Shown piece by piece: positions 14,832 through 24,474 of a stretch of DNA of 64,000 bases. The stretch lies in NCBI GenBank assembly GCA_964016885.1, contig OZ024743.1, forward strand, positions 330,522,001 to 330,586,000. The letters are read 5' to 3'. The notes below the pieces were generated by a model that worked only from the letters and a program-made list of their open reading frames with translations, was not told where the DNA came from and did not search any database. This DNA comes from Eledone cirrhosa. Taxonomy: Eukaryota. How positions within the stretch are numbered: the first letter of the stretch is position 1; each line of letters starts with the position of its first letter. A program made the position numbers and the translations under genes.

Positions 14832-16667
14832 CTATTTTGGTGTTGAAAGTGAAGAAAGAAAAGCACTTACCTCTCCGGGTTGCGTAATTTCCATGGCATC
14901 AGGTGTGTTGGGTGGAGGGATGTTTTGTGGTGGTGTGGGGGTACACGTGTGTGGTGGGGTTGGGGTATTTGGAGTTGTGTCAGGGAGAGGGGCGGTTATG
15001 GGGAAATCTTTCAAAAGGACGCGATTCAACGGTTTTAAACAGGGGGGGCTCACGTCCCGTCTAAATTGTTCTTTTAAGGAACGATAAAGGTCCAGAGGGA
15101 CCTTTATCATTTTTAAATGGGTGAAGTTCTCTGTTGAGATAAAGTTTGGCCCTTCGGTCTGCACCATAGGGTTATTGTTTATTAATTTAACCAGTTTTTT
15201 GTTTTCTTTATTTATATATGTGTATTGCAACGTCTTTTTTTGTGATGCTGTCAATGTTTCGGAGAGGGGAGGCGCAGATTTATTTTTGTTTGTTGAGGGT
15301 GGGGTGTTTTTGATTGGAGTTGGTGTTTGTGTGTGGGTTATTTGTGGTGTGCTGGGTGTGTGTTTTCTTTTTTTTCTTTTAACTTGTCTGAAGGCTTCTC
15401 CTCCTTCTTCTTCAGAAGTTGGGGGAAACTCTTCAGCGCTAGGTGGGAGGGACGTGTTGTGTGGTTGTTTTTTTTTTGCGGGAGGGGTAGATTTGTTACT
15501 GTTTTTTTTATTATTTGTTTGGAATGGGTTTTGTGGTGGTGGTGGTGGTAATGTTTGTGTCGTGCTTGTGGTTGGTAATGGTGGTGGTGATGTTTGTGTT
15601 GTGGTTGGTGGTGGTGATTTTTGTGTCGTGCTTGTGTTTGGTGCTGGTGGTGGTGATGTTTGTGTTGTGTTTGTGGTTGGTGGTGTCTGTATTTTGTTTG
15701 CTGTGTGTGGTATTAGTGTATTTTTGGAGGTGGGTGGTGCTGGTGTACTGTTTGTGGTGGGTGTGGGCAATAGTCCTTTTTGGGGGATACGTTTCGGGCA
15801 GTTAGCCTTAACGTGTCCCCTTTCCATGCATAAATAGCATGCTGGTCTTCTCCCCTCTACAATTATGTCTATTGGGGTAAGGTCATCCAGCCAGATGCGA
15901 TCCGGGATTTGTGCTATTCTTTCGGGCCTCATTTGGACTAGTATGTCGAGGCCCATTCCCAGGAACGCATCTCCAGTTGCCTTCCCCATTGACAGCATAG
16001 TGTCTTCGCCCATATCAATGAAGCCAGCAATAGCCCACCAGAAGTCCATTGTGGGCAGCATTGTTTTTACTTTTATTCTTTGTGTTCTTCTACCCATGTA
16101 GGAGGGATAGAAGCTATATGTTGTCGACGAGAGTGGGCTTAGGGAAAGCTGAACCGCCGTTTCTTTGTCTCTTGTTAGGACCGAAATGCTGCCATAGAGT
16201 CGGTCCTTTCGTATGAAGAGAATATTCTTCATATAGTCTTTTAGGACTAACTCTATTTCCATTTGGCTGGGCTGTGCTGGCTTTCTTGACTGGTTTAGTA
16301 TAGTTCTGTATATAACTGTGTTTTCTGCTCTGGCTTTCTTGAATTCTGGGGGGGAGTTAATGGAAAACATTCCGTTCTCCCCCAAAACAATATGTTTCTT
16401 TGCTTCGGCCAGTTTTTCTCTGGCGGCAGTTAGGTCAATTGGTGTGTATGTAATGGATTGCTTTGTTTTCTGGGCGAAAGTTGCCCTGTCGTTATTTGTA
16501 TTATTTTCTGTTTGTTTGTTTTCTGTTTGCTCATTTTCCTTAACATTTGTTTTTTCATTTTGTTTGTTTGTTTCAATGTCTAATTTTGTTGTAATTATTT
16601 TTTGTTCTTCAGACTTGGGGGGCGTGGCAGAGCTAATGGCAGACATGTCTGCCATCTTTTCCGCCAT
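14832..16667 (-). CDS. E2 ORF1: nucleic-acid-binding protein with CCHC knuckle (611 aa from ATG 16667)
   Basis: CYLCMERGHVKANC knuckle, Pro/Thr-rich linker, basic KRKKRK tract; lies directly upstream of ORF2. Confidence 0.9.
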   Translation of the reverse strand: MAEKMADMSAISSATPPKSEEQKIITTKLDIETNKQNEKTNVKENEQTENKQTENNTNNDRATFAQKTKQSITYTPIDLTAAREKLAEAKKHIVLGENGMFSINSPPEFKKARAENTVIYRTILNQSRKPAQPSQMEIELVLKDYMKNILFIRKDRLYGSISVLTRDKETAVQLSLSPLSSTTYSFYPSYMGRRTQRIKVKTMLPTMDFWWAIAGFIDMGEDTMLSMGKATGDAFLGMGLDILVQMRPERIAQIPDRIWLDDLTPIDIIVEGRRPACYLCMERGHVKANCPKRIPQKGLLPTPTTNSTPAPPTSKNTLIPHTANKIQTPPTTNTTQTSPPPAPNTSTTQKSPPPTTTQTSPPPLPTTSTTQTLPPPPPQNPFQTNNKKNSNKSTPPAKKKQPHNTSLPPSAEEFPPTSEEEGGEAFRQVKRKKRKHTPSTPQITHTQTPTPIKNTPPSTNKNKSAPPLSETLTASQKKTLQYTYINKENKKLVKLINNNPMVQTEGPNFISTENFTHLKMIKVPLDLYRSLKEQFRRDVSPPCLKPLNRVLLKDFPITAPLPDTTPNTPTPPHTCTPTPPQNIPPPNTPDAMEITQPGEVSAFLSSLSTPK

Positions 16668-16747
16668 GCTGCCAAGAAAGAAATTTTTCGGCAAAAATAG
16701 ATATTTATTTTACCCCCTAAAAAGGGGGTAAATGCAAAAATGTTTCC

Positions 16748-16807
16748 CTAAATAACAGGGGTTAGTGTTCCAAATGTGTTGCACTAAAAAATTTATCCGT
16801 TACTTAC
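16748..16807 (-). promoter_or_regulatory. Putative 60-nt 5'UTR intron of E2
   Basis: GTAAGT donor at 16807, branch-like ACTAAC, TTATTTAG|G acceptor at 16748. Equivalents at the same position in E4, E6 and E7. Confidence 0.6.
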
Positions 16808-16870
16808 AATAGTAAGGGTAAATCCCGATGGAATAGCGGAGCCGATGCGAAGCGTGTCTTACTCTATCAA

Positions 16871-16906
16871 GATAGATAGATAGATAGATAGGTATATAGA
16901 TAGATG

Positions 16907-16941
<35 letters not shown>
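16871..16941. repeat. (GATA)n microsatellite joining E3 3' end to E2 5' end
   Basis: Directly visible. Confidence 0.95.
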
Positions 16942-16942
<1 letters not shown>

Positions 16943-16943
16943 T

Positions 16944-19900
16944 ATTTCTTTTATTTGCCACTAGGGCATCAAAAGTGGGACAAGTACAAAGGGGGGAGTT
17001 TACACAAAAAGGCATCCTCAATAAGGAGGAGGCAATAACAAAATATAAAAATAAAATAAGATATAACAAAAAATAAAATTTTTAACAAAATCCTCAATAG
17101 AGAGGAGGCGCCTTGGGGGTTCGCACACACCCCCGAAAAAAGTGTGCAACCCTTCTCCTCAGGAGCACAGAGAAGGGGTGCTCCCTTGGTCTTTCATCTT
17201 CCTCACCTATAGTCTGATGTAGAGTGAAGGCCCATTCACACAGGCCATTCTCGCCACTTTCACCCATCTTTCATAGAAACGGCTGGGGTGCAGCACCTCT
17301 CTCTCCATCCTGATCCTTCTTCCGAAATGATATCGGAAGAAACGGACCAGTTGTTGGCCAGAGAGAAAGGTGCCCGACCTCAGTCCTTTCAGACGCGTCC
17401 ACCATACAACCTCTTTCGCCATGGCTATTACGCACAGAAACACCGCCTCTGCTTCATCTTTGAAGGGGGGAGGCGGCTTGATCATTACAATAGACTCGGT
17501 GGTCAACCGGATCGGTCCCACCCTTGACAGCAGTTGTTCGACATAGCCCCACAGATCGGCTACGCCCGAGCAGTGTACTAATGCGTGTGCAACGGTTTCC
17601 TCGTCGCACACGCATCTGGGACAGATCTTTTTGGCGGGGTCCCTACCCGGGCGCCCGTGTCTGTAGAGCCTTTCTCGAACGGGTAAAGCCCCTCGGTAGC
17701 ACTGCCAGGCCAGGGACTTCTGGAAGTTGTCCATAGGTCCCGGGCTGAATGTCCTACCGAACAGGCTGGCCAGTTCGTCCTCCTCCATGTCTAGGGCTTC
17801 TCCGAGGGCGTCGTCGCACCTGCTGCGTACCATCCCTCTATAGAATGTTGCGGTGGAGTCTCCACTGATAACCGGATCCGCCTGCCAGAGGGCGGTGAGC
17901 GCCTGGGCACACTCAGTGTGCCAGGCGCCCAGTTTTCTCGGTCTTTGCTTGACCCAGGATTGCAGCTCGGTGAGTGAGACGAGTCTGGGAAAGGTTCGTC
18001 TCACAAACGAGGCCCACACCGGTTGTCCGGTGAGGAATACGTAGAGGTGCCGTAGCCTTAATGCGTGTTTACGCATCATTAGCCACGGCATCCCCAGCCC
18101 TCCTTTCGAAGGGTGTTGACAGCAGATGGATCTCCTCACCATAGGAGCCCGCCTCTTCCAAAGGAATTGGAAGAGCGCGCGCTCCATCTTGGTGAGGGTT
18201 TCCCTTGGGCAGGGCACTACGGTCAGGCGGTAGTAGATGACGGACGCTATGTAGGTGTTCGCCACCTCCGCCCGACCTTTCAGGGATAGTTTGCAACTGG
18301 CCCACTTCTGGGTCAGTGCAAACACCCTGTTCGTAACCTCCGCCCAGTTTTTCTCCACCTGGAGGTCCGGTCCGAACCAGACCCCGAGCAACTTCACCGG
18401 GCCCTCCGTCCAGCGTCCGACGACGCTATCGGAGGGCATCGGTCTGCCCCTCCACGTGCCGAGTTGCAAACCGATCGACTTGTCCCGGTTCAGCTTAGCC
18501 CCTGTGAACTTTTCGTACTCCTCTAGTAAGGTGCCGACCGCCTCGATTTCGGAGGCCGTCGACACCATTACTGTCACGTCATCGGCGTAGGCCGACACCG
18601 CTTTCCGCAATCCCGGTTCCAAAGGGATGCCCTGCAACAACTCCAACTTCCGCAGTAGTGGCTCGAGAGTCAACACATACAGAAGGGAGGAGAGAGGGCA
18701 CCCTTGTCGGATGGACCGCGCGATTTTGAACGGCTCCGAGAGGTAGCCGTTCACCTTGACCCTAGAGCAGATGCGGCTGCTGTGCATAGCAGTGATCCAG
18801 CCCCTGAAAACGGGTCCGAAGCCTGCCGCCGCTAGCACCGCATCCAGGTAACCATGGTCGACCCTATCGAACGCCTTAGATTGATCCAAGTTGATCAGAG
18901 CCCCACCAAAGCCGGGTTCGTTCCCAACCCTCTCTATGATGTATCGCATGAGGTGGAGGTTGTCATGGATGGACCTGGACGGGATAGCGCATGTCTGCGC
19001 ATCTCCCACCAGGTTGCCCACGACAAGCGCCAACCTCTTTGCTAGCACCTTGGCCAAAATCTGTAACTCTGTATTTAGCAGTGTTATGGGCCTGAAGTTA
19101 CTTATTTCGTCCCCCTTGTTCTCGTCCTTCCTCACTAGCGTGACTACGCCCTTGGTCACAGTACAGGGAATTCTCCCGTTCTGTTGCCAGTTGCAGTAGA
19201 CCGCCTCGAGGAGATCGGGGAACAAGTCCCGCATAGCTAGATATAATTCGTAAGGAAGACCATCGAGACCCGGGGATTTGCGTTTGCCGCATTGGCTCAG
19301 CACGTCCTCTATCTCAGCGGCCGAAATCGGCTCCTCGCAGGACTTCGCCTCCCTGTCCGAGAGGCGCGGCAGGCCGTCGAGGTATGGACCGAAGTCCACG
19401 TTCCCAACCGGCTCCCCGCCCCTCCCGAACAGTCGGGCAAAGTGCCTTTGAAAGGCCTCACACATCTGCTTAGGCTCAAGAATCGCTCGTCCATCCAGGT
19501 CTCGCAAAGACCGGATGGTGGATTTAGTTCCACTGTTGGCCTCTGTCACGCGGGCCCAGCTAACAGCTTTGGTCCCCTCGTTCCCTAGAGCACGTATTTT
19601 ACTTCGGACAACGCAGCCTTCGTGCTTCGCGTCGAAAAACTGGCTCAAAGCCGTTCTCGACGCTAGCACTCTGGCCACGTCGCCGCTTCTAATTGCCTCT
19701 TCTACTCTATCTATTAGCTCCCTTTCCTTCCTATTCCTATCCGCAGCTAGAACCTTACTAAATTCTATCGAGACTACTCTAATCTCTCTCTTTAGAGATA
19801 CCCACCACCTGCTGTTGACGATCGCTCCAGTCAACCGTTCCTTAACTAACGTACTAATCCGATTCCTGTAGGCTCTACTTGCCGGCAAGGACAAGTTGAG

Positions 19901-20823
19901 CTTCCAGTAACCGGGGCCCTGTCTATGAGTTCTGTCAAGGTTGACCATGCAGGTCACTAATTTGTGGTCTGAATAGCCAACCATGCGCATTTTTGGACAA
20001 CTTAAAAAGTCCTTATCCTTAATTCTAACTAAGAACCTATCTAGGTACGACCTAGATGATCCGCTACGATTTGCCCAAGTCCAGGTTGGCGCAGTCGGAA
20101 AATCTAGTCGATATCTATCGGCCAGGTCAAATCGACCGATTAACCCTTTGAGGCTATTACACCCCTCTCTATCGGGGCAGGCCCCTACGTAGTCCCAGCG
20201 TGCATCTAGGATACCATTCCAGTCCCCCACTAATAGCAAGGAGCGGGACGTCCCTAGAAAAGTCTCCAGACGATGGAAGAAGTCCGGCCGCATTGACTCG
20301 AAAGGGCCGTAGGCGGCTACCAACCTAAACGCTCCGCCTTTACCACTGCCAAGGTCCAGAACCACTAGTCGACCCTCCGGGTCCAAATGTACCGTCTGTG
20401 TTGCGAGACCCAGATGTTTTTGCAGCAGAACGACAACTCCACCCCCACCTCCGGGCTGACAGAGAGATGCGTGCATCTCAAAGTCATCAAAGGTGGGGGC
20501 CAGCTGTCGCACGTTGCTGATCCGGGCCTCGCAAATAACCATCACATCTATACGTTGTGACCTGAGGTCATTTAGAAGCATTGCTTGCTTCCAAGTTGAG
20601 CCCAGGCCACGCGCATTTAAACAGCCTACTCTTAGCATAGCCATGTTGGTGGTGAAGAGAAAAGGCACTTACCTCTCTGCGTCCCGGGTATCGGGCTGCT
20701 CAATTTCCATTAGGGTGGGGGATGGGTTGTTGGGTGGGGTGGTGGTTTGTGGAAGTGTGGGGGCATCAGTGTGTTGTGTGGTTGGGGAGCTTGGAGTTGT
20801 GAGGGTGTTTGGGGAGGGGGTGG

Positions 20824-20824
<1 letters not shown>
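16944..20824 (-). mobile_element. E3: 5'-truncated L1/Tx1-type element with intact ORF2
   Basis: Intact ORF2 plus only ~150 bp of the ORF1 end; (TATC)n on both sides; same subfamily as E7. Confidence 0.95.
17207..20644 (-). CDS. E3 ORF2: APE endonuclease / RT / zinc finger (1145 aa from ATG 20644)
   Basis: Uninterrupted ORF with all motifs; CAACATGG start context. Confidence 0.95.
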   Translation of the reverse strand: MAMLRVGCLNARGLGSTWKQAMLLNDLRSQRIDVMVICEARISNVRQLAPTFDDFEMHASLCQPGGGGGVVVLLQKHLGLATQTVHLDPEGRLVVLDLGSGKGGAFRLVAAYGPFESMRPDFFHRLETFLGTSRSLLLVGDWNGILDARWDYVGACPDREGCNSLKGLIGRFDLADRYRLDFPTAPTWTWANRSGSSRSYLDRFLVRIKDKDFLSCPKMRMVGYSDHKLVTCMVNLDRTHRQGPGYWKLNLSLPASRAYRNRISTLVKERLTGAIVNSRWWVSLKREIRVVSIEFSKVLAADRNRKERELIDRVEEAIRSGDVARVLASRTALSQFFDAKHEGCVVRSKIRALGNEGTKAVSWARVTEANSGTKSTIRSLRDLDGRAILEPKQMCEAFQRHFARLFGRGGEPVGNVDFGPYLDGLPRLSDREAKSCEEPISAAEIEDVLSQCGKRKSPGLDGLPYELYLAMRDLFPDLLEAVYCNWQQNGRIPCTVTKGVVTLVRKDENKGDEISNFRPITLLNTELQILAKVLAKRLALVVGNLVGDAQTCAIPSRSIHDNLHLMRYIIERVGNEPGFGGALINLDQSKAFDRVDHGYLDAVLAAAGFGPVFRGWITAMHSSRICSRVKVNGYLSEPFKIARSIRQGCPLSSLLYVLTLEPLLRKLELLQGIPLEPGLRKAVSAYADDVTVMVSTASEIEAVGTLLEEYEKFTGAKLNRDKSIGLQLGTWRGRPMPSDSVVGRWTEGPVKLLGVWFGPDLQVEKNWAEVTNRVFALTQKWASCKLSLKGRAEVANTYIASVIYYRLTVVPCPRETLTKMERALFQFLWKRRAPMVRRSICCQHPSKGGLGMPWLMMRKHALRLRHLYVFLTGQPVWASFVRRTFPRLVSLTELQSWVKQRPRKLGAWHTECAQALTALWQADPVISGDSTATFYRGMVRSRCDDALGEALDMEEDELASLFGRTFSPGPMDNFQKSLAWQCYRGALPVRERLYRHGRPGRDPAKKICPRCVCDEETVAHALVHCSGVADLWGYVEQLLSRVGPIRLTTESIVMIKPPPPFKDEAEAVFLCVIAMAKEVVWWTRLKGLRSGTFLSGQQLVRFFRYHFGRRIRMEREVLHPSRFYERWVKVARMACVNGPSLYIRL

Positions 20825-20859
<35 letters not shown>

Positions 20860-20864
20860 TTTAT

Positions 20865-20959
<95 letters not shown>

Positions 20960-21055
20960 GATATATATATATATATAGATATATATATATAGATATATAT
21001 ACATATATATATATATATATACATATATATTTATATATATATATATATACATATA

Positions 21056-21097
<42 letters not shown>

Positions 21098-21102
21098 TAT
21101 AC

Positions 21103-21165
<63 letters not shown>

Positions 21166-21300
21166 CATACATATATATATATATACATATATCTATATAT
21201 GTACATATATATATATATATATACACATATACATCTATATATGTACATATATATATATATATATACATTATATACATTATATATATATATATATACATTA

Positions 21301-21336
<36 letters not shown>

Positions 21337-21403
21337 CCTATATATATATATATATATACACCTATATATATATATATATATATATGTATATAAATATATA
21401 TAC

Positions 21404-21450
<47 letters not shown>

Positions 21451-21461
21451 AATATATATAC

Positions 21462-21509
<48 letters not shown>

Positions 21510-21523
21510 ATATATGTATATAA

Positions 21524-21555
<32 letters not shown>

Positions 21556-21615
21556 GTATGTATATAAATATATATACATATATATATATATATGTATGTA
21601 TATATATGTATATAA

Positions 21616-21659
<44 letters not shown>

Positions 21660-21661
21660 AC

Positions 21662-21695
<34 letters not shown>

Positions 21696-21702
21696 ATATA
21701 TG

Positions 21703-21749
<47 letters not shown>

Positions 21750-21763
21750 ATATATGTATATAA

Positions 21764-21805
<42 letters not shown>

Positions 21806-21819
21806 ATATATGTATATAA

Positions 21820-21861
<42 letters not shown>

Positions 21862-21875
21862 ATATATGTATATAA

Positions 21876-21919
<44 letters not shown>

Positions 21920-21960
21920 ATATATGTATATAAATATATATACATATATATATATATATA
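20860..21960. repeat. Interrupted (TA)n array with a higher-order unit in its distal half
   Basis: Directly visible; TATGTATGTATATATATGTATATAAAT recurs at about 21380-21950. Confidence 0.92.
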
Positions 21961-22000
21961 ATAATATATAAGATCAAAAGATGGTTAAAAGAGTTCCATG

Positions 22001-22071
22001 TATTTTATTATGCGCATTTCAAAAACAAATATCATCATGCAATAACATTTGCGTTTTCGTCAGATAAAATA
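22001..22071 (-). ncRNA. Minimal type I hammerhead ribozyme motif (family B)
   Basis: Stem I TATTTTAT/ATAAAATA, CTGACGA, long stem II, GAAA, ATGCGCAT, ATA cleavage triplet. Confidence 0.78.
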
Positions 22072-22176
22072 GGGAGACATGATATGAAGGTTAAAACACA
22101 CTTGTGAATAGTGCAGTTTTATGATTTAAAACTGCACTATTCACAAGTGTGTTTTAACCTTCATATCATGTCTCCC

Positions 22177-22247
22177 TATTTTATCTGACGAAAACGCAAA
22201 TGTTATTGCATGATGATATTTGTTTTTGAAATGCGCATAATAAAATA
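22177..22247 (+). ncRNA. Minimal type I hammerhead ribozyme motif (family B)
   Basis: TATTTTAT-CTGACGA-AAACGCAAATGTTATTGCATGATGATATTTGTTTTT-GAAA-TGCGCA-TA-ATAAAATA. Confidence 0.78.
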
Positions 22248-22373
22248 CATGGAACTCTTTTAATCATCTTTTGATCTTATATATTATTATTTATACTCCA
22301 GTCCTACAAACTGTAGAGTGCTTCTTACCCGATATCTGCATTGCTTTATTGTACTACAATAAAACTCACCTCC

Positions 22374-22425
<52 letters not shown>

Positions 22426-22884
22426 AGGTGAGTTTTATTGTAGTACAATAAAGCAATGCAACCTCTCTATGTAAAACAATATATCTTTTCTCAGTTATAA
22501 AAACTATCTCTATCACCCATCTCTCCCTCTCCACCTTCACTCTCATCTCCTCCCCCTTTTTTCATCCTTTCCACCCCACCCCCTCCCTAAATAAAATACT
22601 TTTTCCTCGTTAATTTTCAAATTCTTTTAATTTATACATTATCTTCCAACGGTTTTCAACCTCTCTATGTAAAACAATATATCTTCTCTCAGTTATAAAA
22701 ACTATCTCTTTCTCTCTATCACCCATCTCTCCCTCTCATCTCTTCCCCTTTTTCATCCTCCCCCCCCCCTCTCTAAATAAAATATTTTTCCCAATATCAC
22801 ACATCAATCTAAAACCACTTTTCATATGTTGATTTAAAACTGCACTATCCACAAGTGTTTTTTAGCCTTCATATCATGTTCTCC

Positions 22885-22955
22885 TGTTTTATCTGATGAA
22901 AACACAAATATTATTGCATGATGATGTTTGTTTTTGAAATGCGCATAATAAAATA
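22885..22955 (+). ncRNA. Minimal type I hammerhead ribozyme motif (family B)
   Basis: TGTTTTAT-CTGATGA-stem II-GAAA-TGCGCA-TA-ATAAAATA. Confidence 0.78.
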
Positions 22956-22985
22956 CATGGAACTCCTTTAACCATCTTTTGATCT

Positions 22986-23040
<55 letters not shown>

Positions 23041-23055
23041 GTGAGTTTTATTGTA

Positions 23056-23102
<47 letters not shown>

Positions 23103-23319
23103 AGGTGAGTTTTATTGTAGTACAATAAAGCAATGCAGATATCGGATAAGAAGCACTCTACAGTTTGTAGGACTGGTGTATAAATAATAATATATAAGAT
23201 CAAAAGATGGTTAAAAGAGTTCCATGTATTTTATTATGCGCATTTCATATATATTTATTTGATATATATTTATCCTTATCGAGCCCTCTTTGGATTTTAG
23301 TCTTCAATTTTATTATTAT

Positions 23320-23433
<114 letters not shown>

Positions 23434-23967
23434 GTATATATATATACATAAATGCATGGATACATATATGCATACATACACACATAAACACATGTACATA
23501 TATATACACATATATTCATACATGCATACATACATACATACATACATACATACATACATACATACATACATACATACATACATACATACATACATACATA
23601 CATCTACACCTACACAGTAACTGATAAAATGGTGACCATCAATGAAAGACAGAACTACATTGTGACTTCATTGCTGTAATATACAGACATGTTAACAATT
23701 TCGTGTATCGTAGTCAGCCGTCTTCCCACCATCGTACGCCAGCCCTGTACTCTCTCCCACCCATCCCCACCTCATTATATGACTGTTGTGTATTTTATAC
23801 AAATTTGAAATTATGTAGAGGAAAAATTTAAATATTTTTGAGGTTTTCTGTTTTATAGTTTTGGAACATATTTAAATTAGTCTCAGTTTTGAAGTAGACG
23901 AAAAAATTTACAAATATCACAATTCATATATCGCAGTTAGCAGTTCAAAAAGATAATATTTATATAG

Positions 23968-24002
<35 letters not shown>

Positions 24003-24082
24003 GTATATATATTTGTATAAAGGTACATATATATCTATATCTATTATATATATATACACGCATATATATATATTTATATATA

Positions 24083-24143
<61 letters not shown>

Positions 24144-24440
24144 ACACACATATATAGATATAGTTATAGATGTAGATAGGTAGATATATATTATATGATA
24201 GAATACCACTTCGATGGCCACAATAATGGTCTTTCTAGTCTTAAATAGTAACATCCCATGCCGTTTCTCTCATGCATCTTTCCGGCAGATGACATCAAGA
24301 CGTCATACAACCTGGACTCAATATTTTGCAATCCCACAATTATACAAAACAAGTAATGGTCAAGGTGTGGCTGACGAGGAAGATTATGCGTTTGTTTGTA
24401 CGTATCACATTTTCTGTTGTTGTTTCGTGTGCAACTTTGC

Positions 24441-24474
<34 letters not shown>

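Larger units (their letters stand above)
11168..16870 (-). mobile_element. E2: full-length L1/Tx1-type non-LTR retrotransposon with both ORFs open
   Basis: 5'UTR, ORF1, ORF2 and 3'UTR with AATAAA (11175-11180). 5' flank is (TATC)n; 3' flank is TATC then (TA)n. Confidence 0.96.
21961..22287. repeat. Near-perfect palindrome with 161-bp arms and 5-nt spacer
   Basis: Arms 21961-22121 and 22127-22287. Confidence 0.93.
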
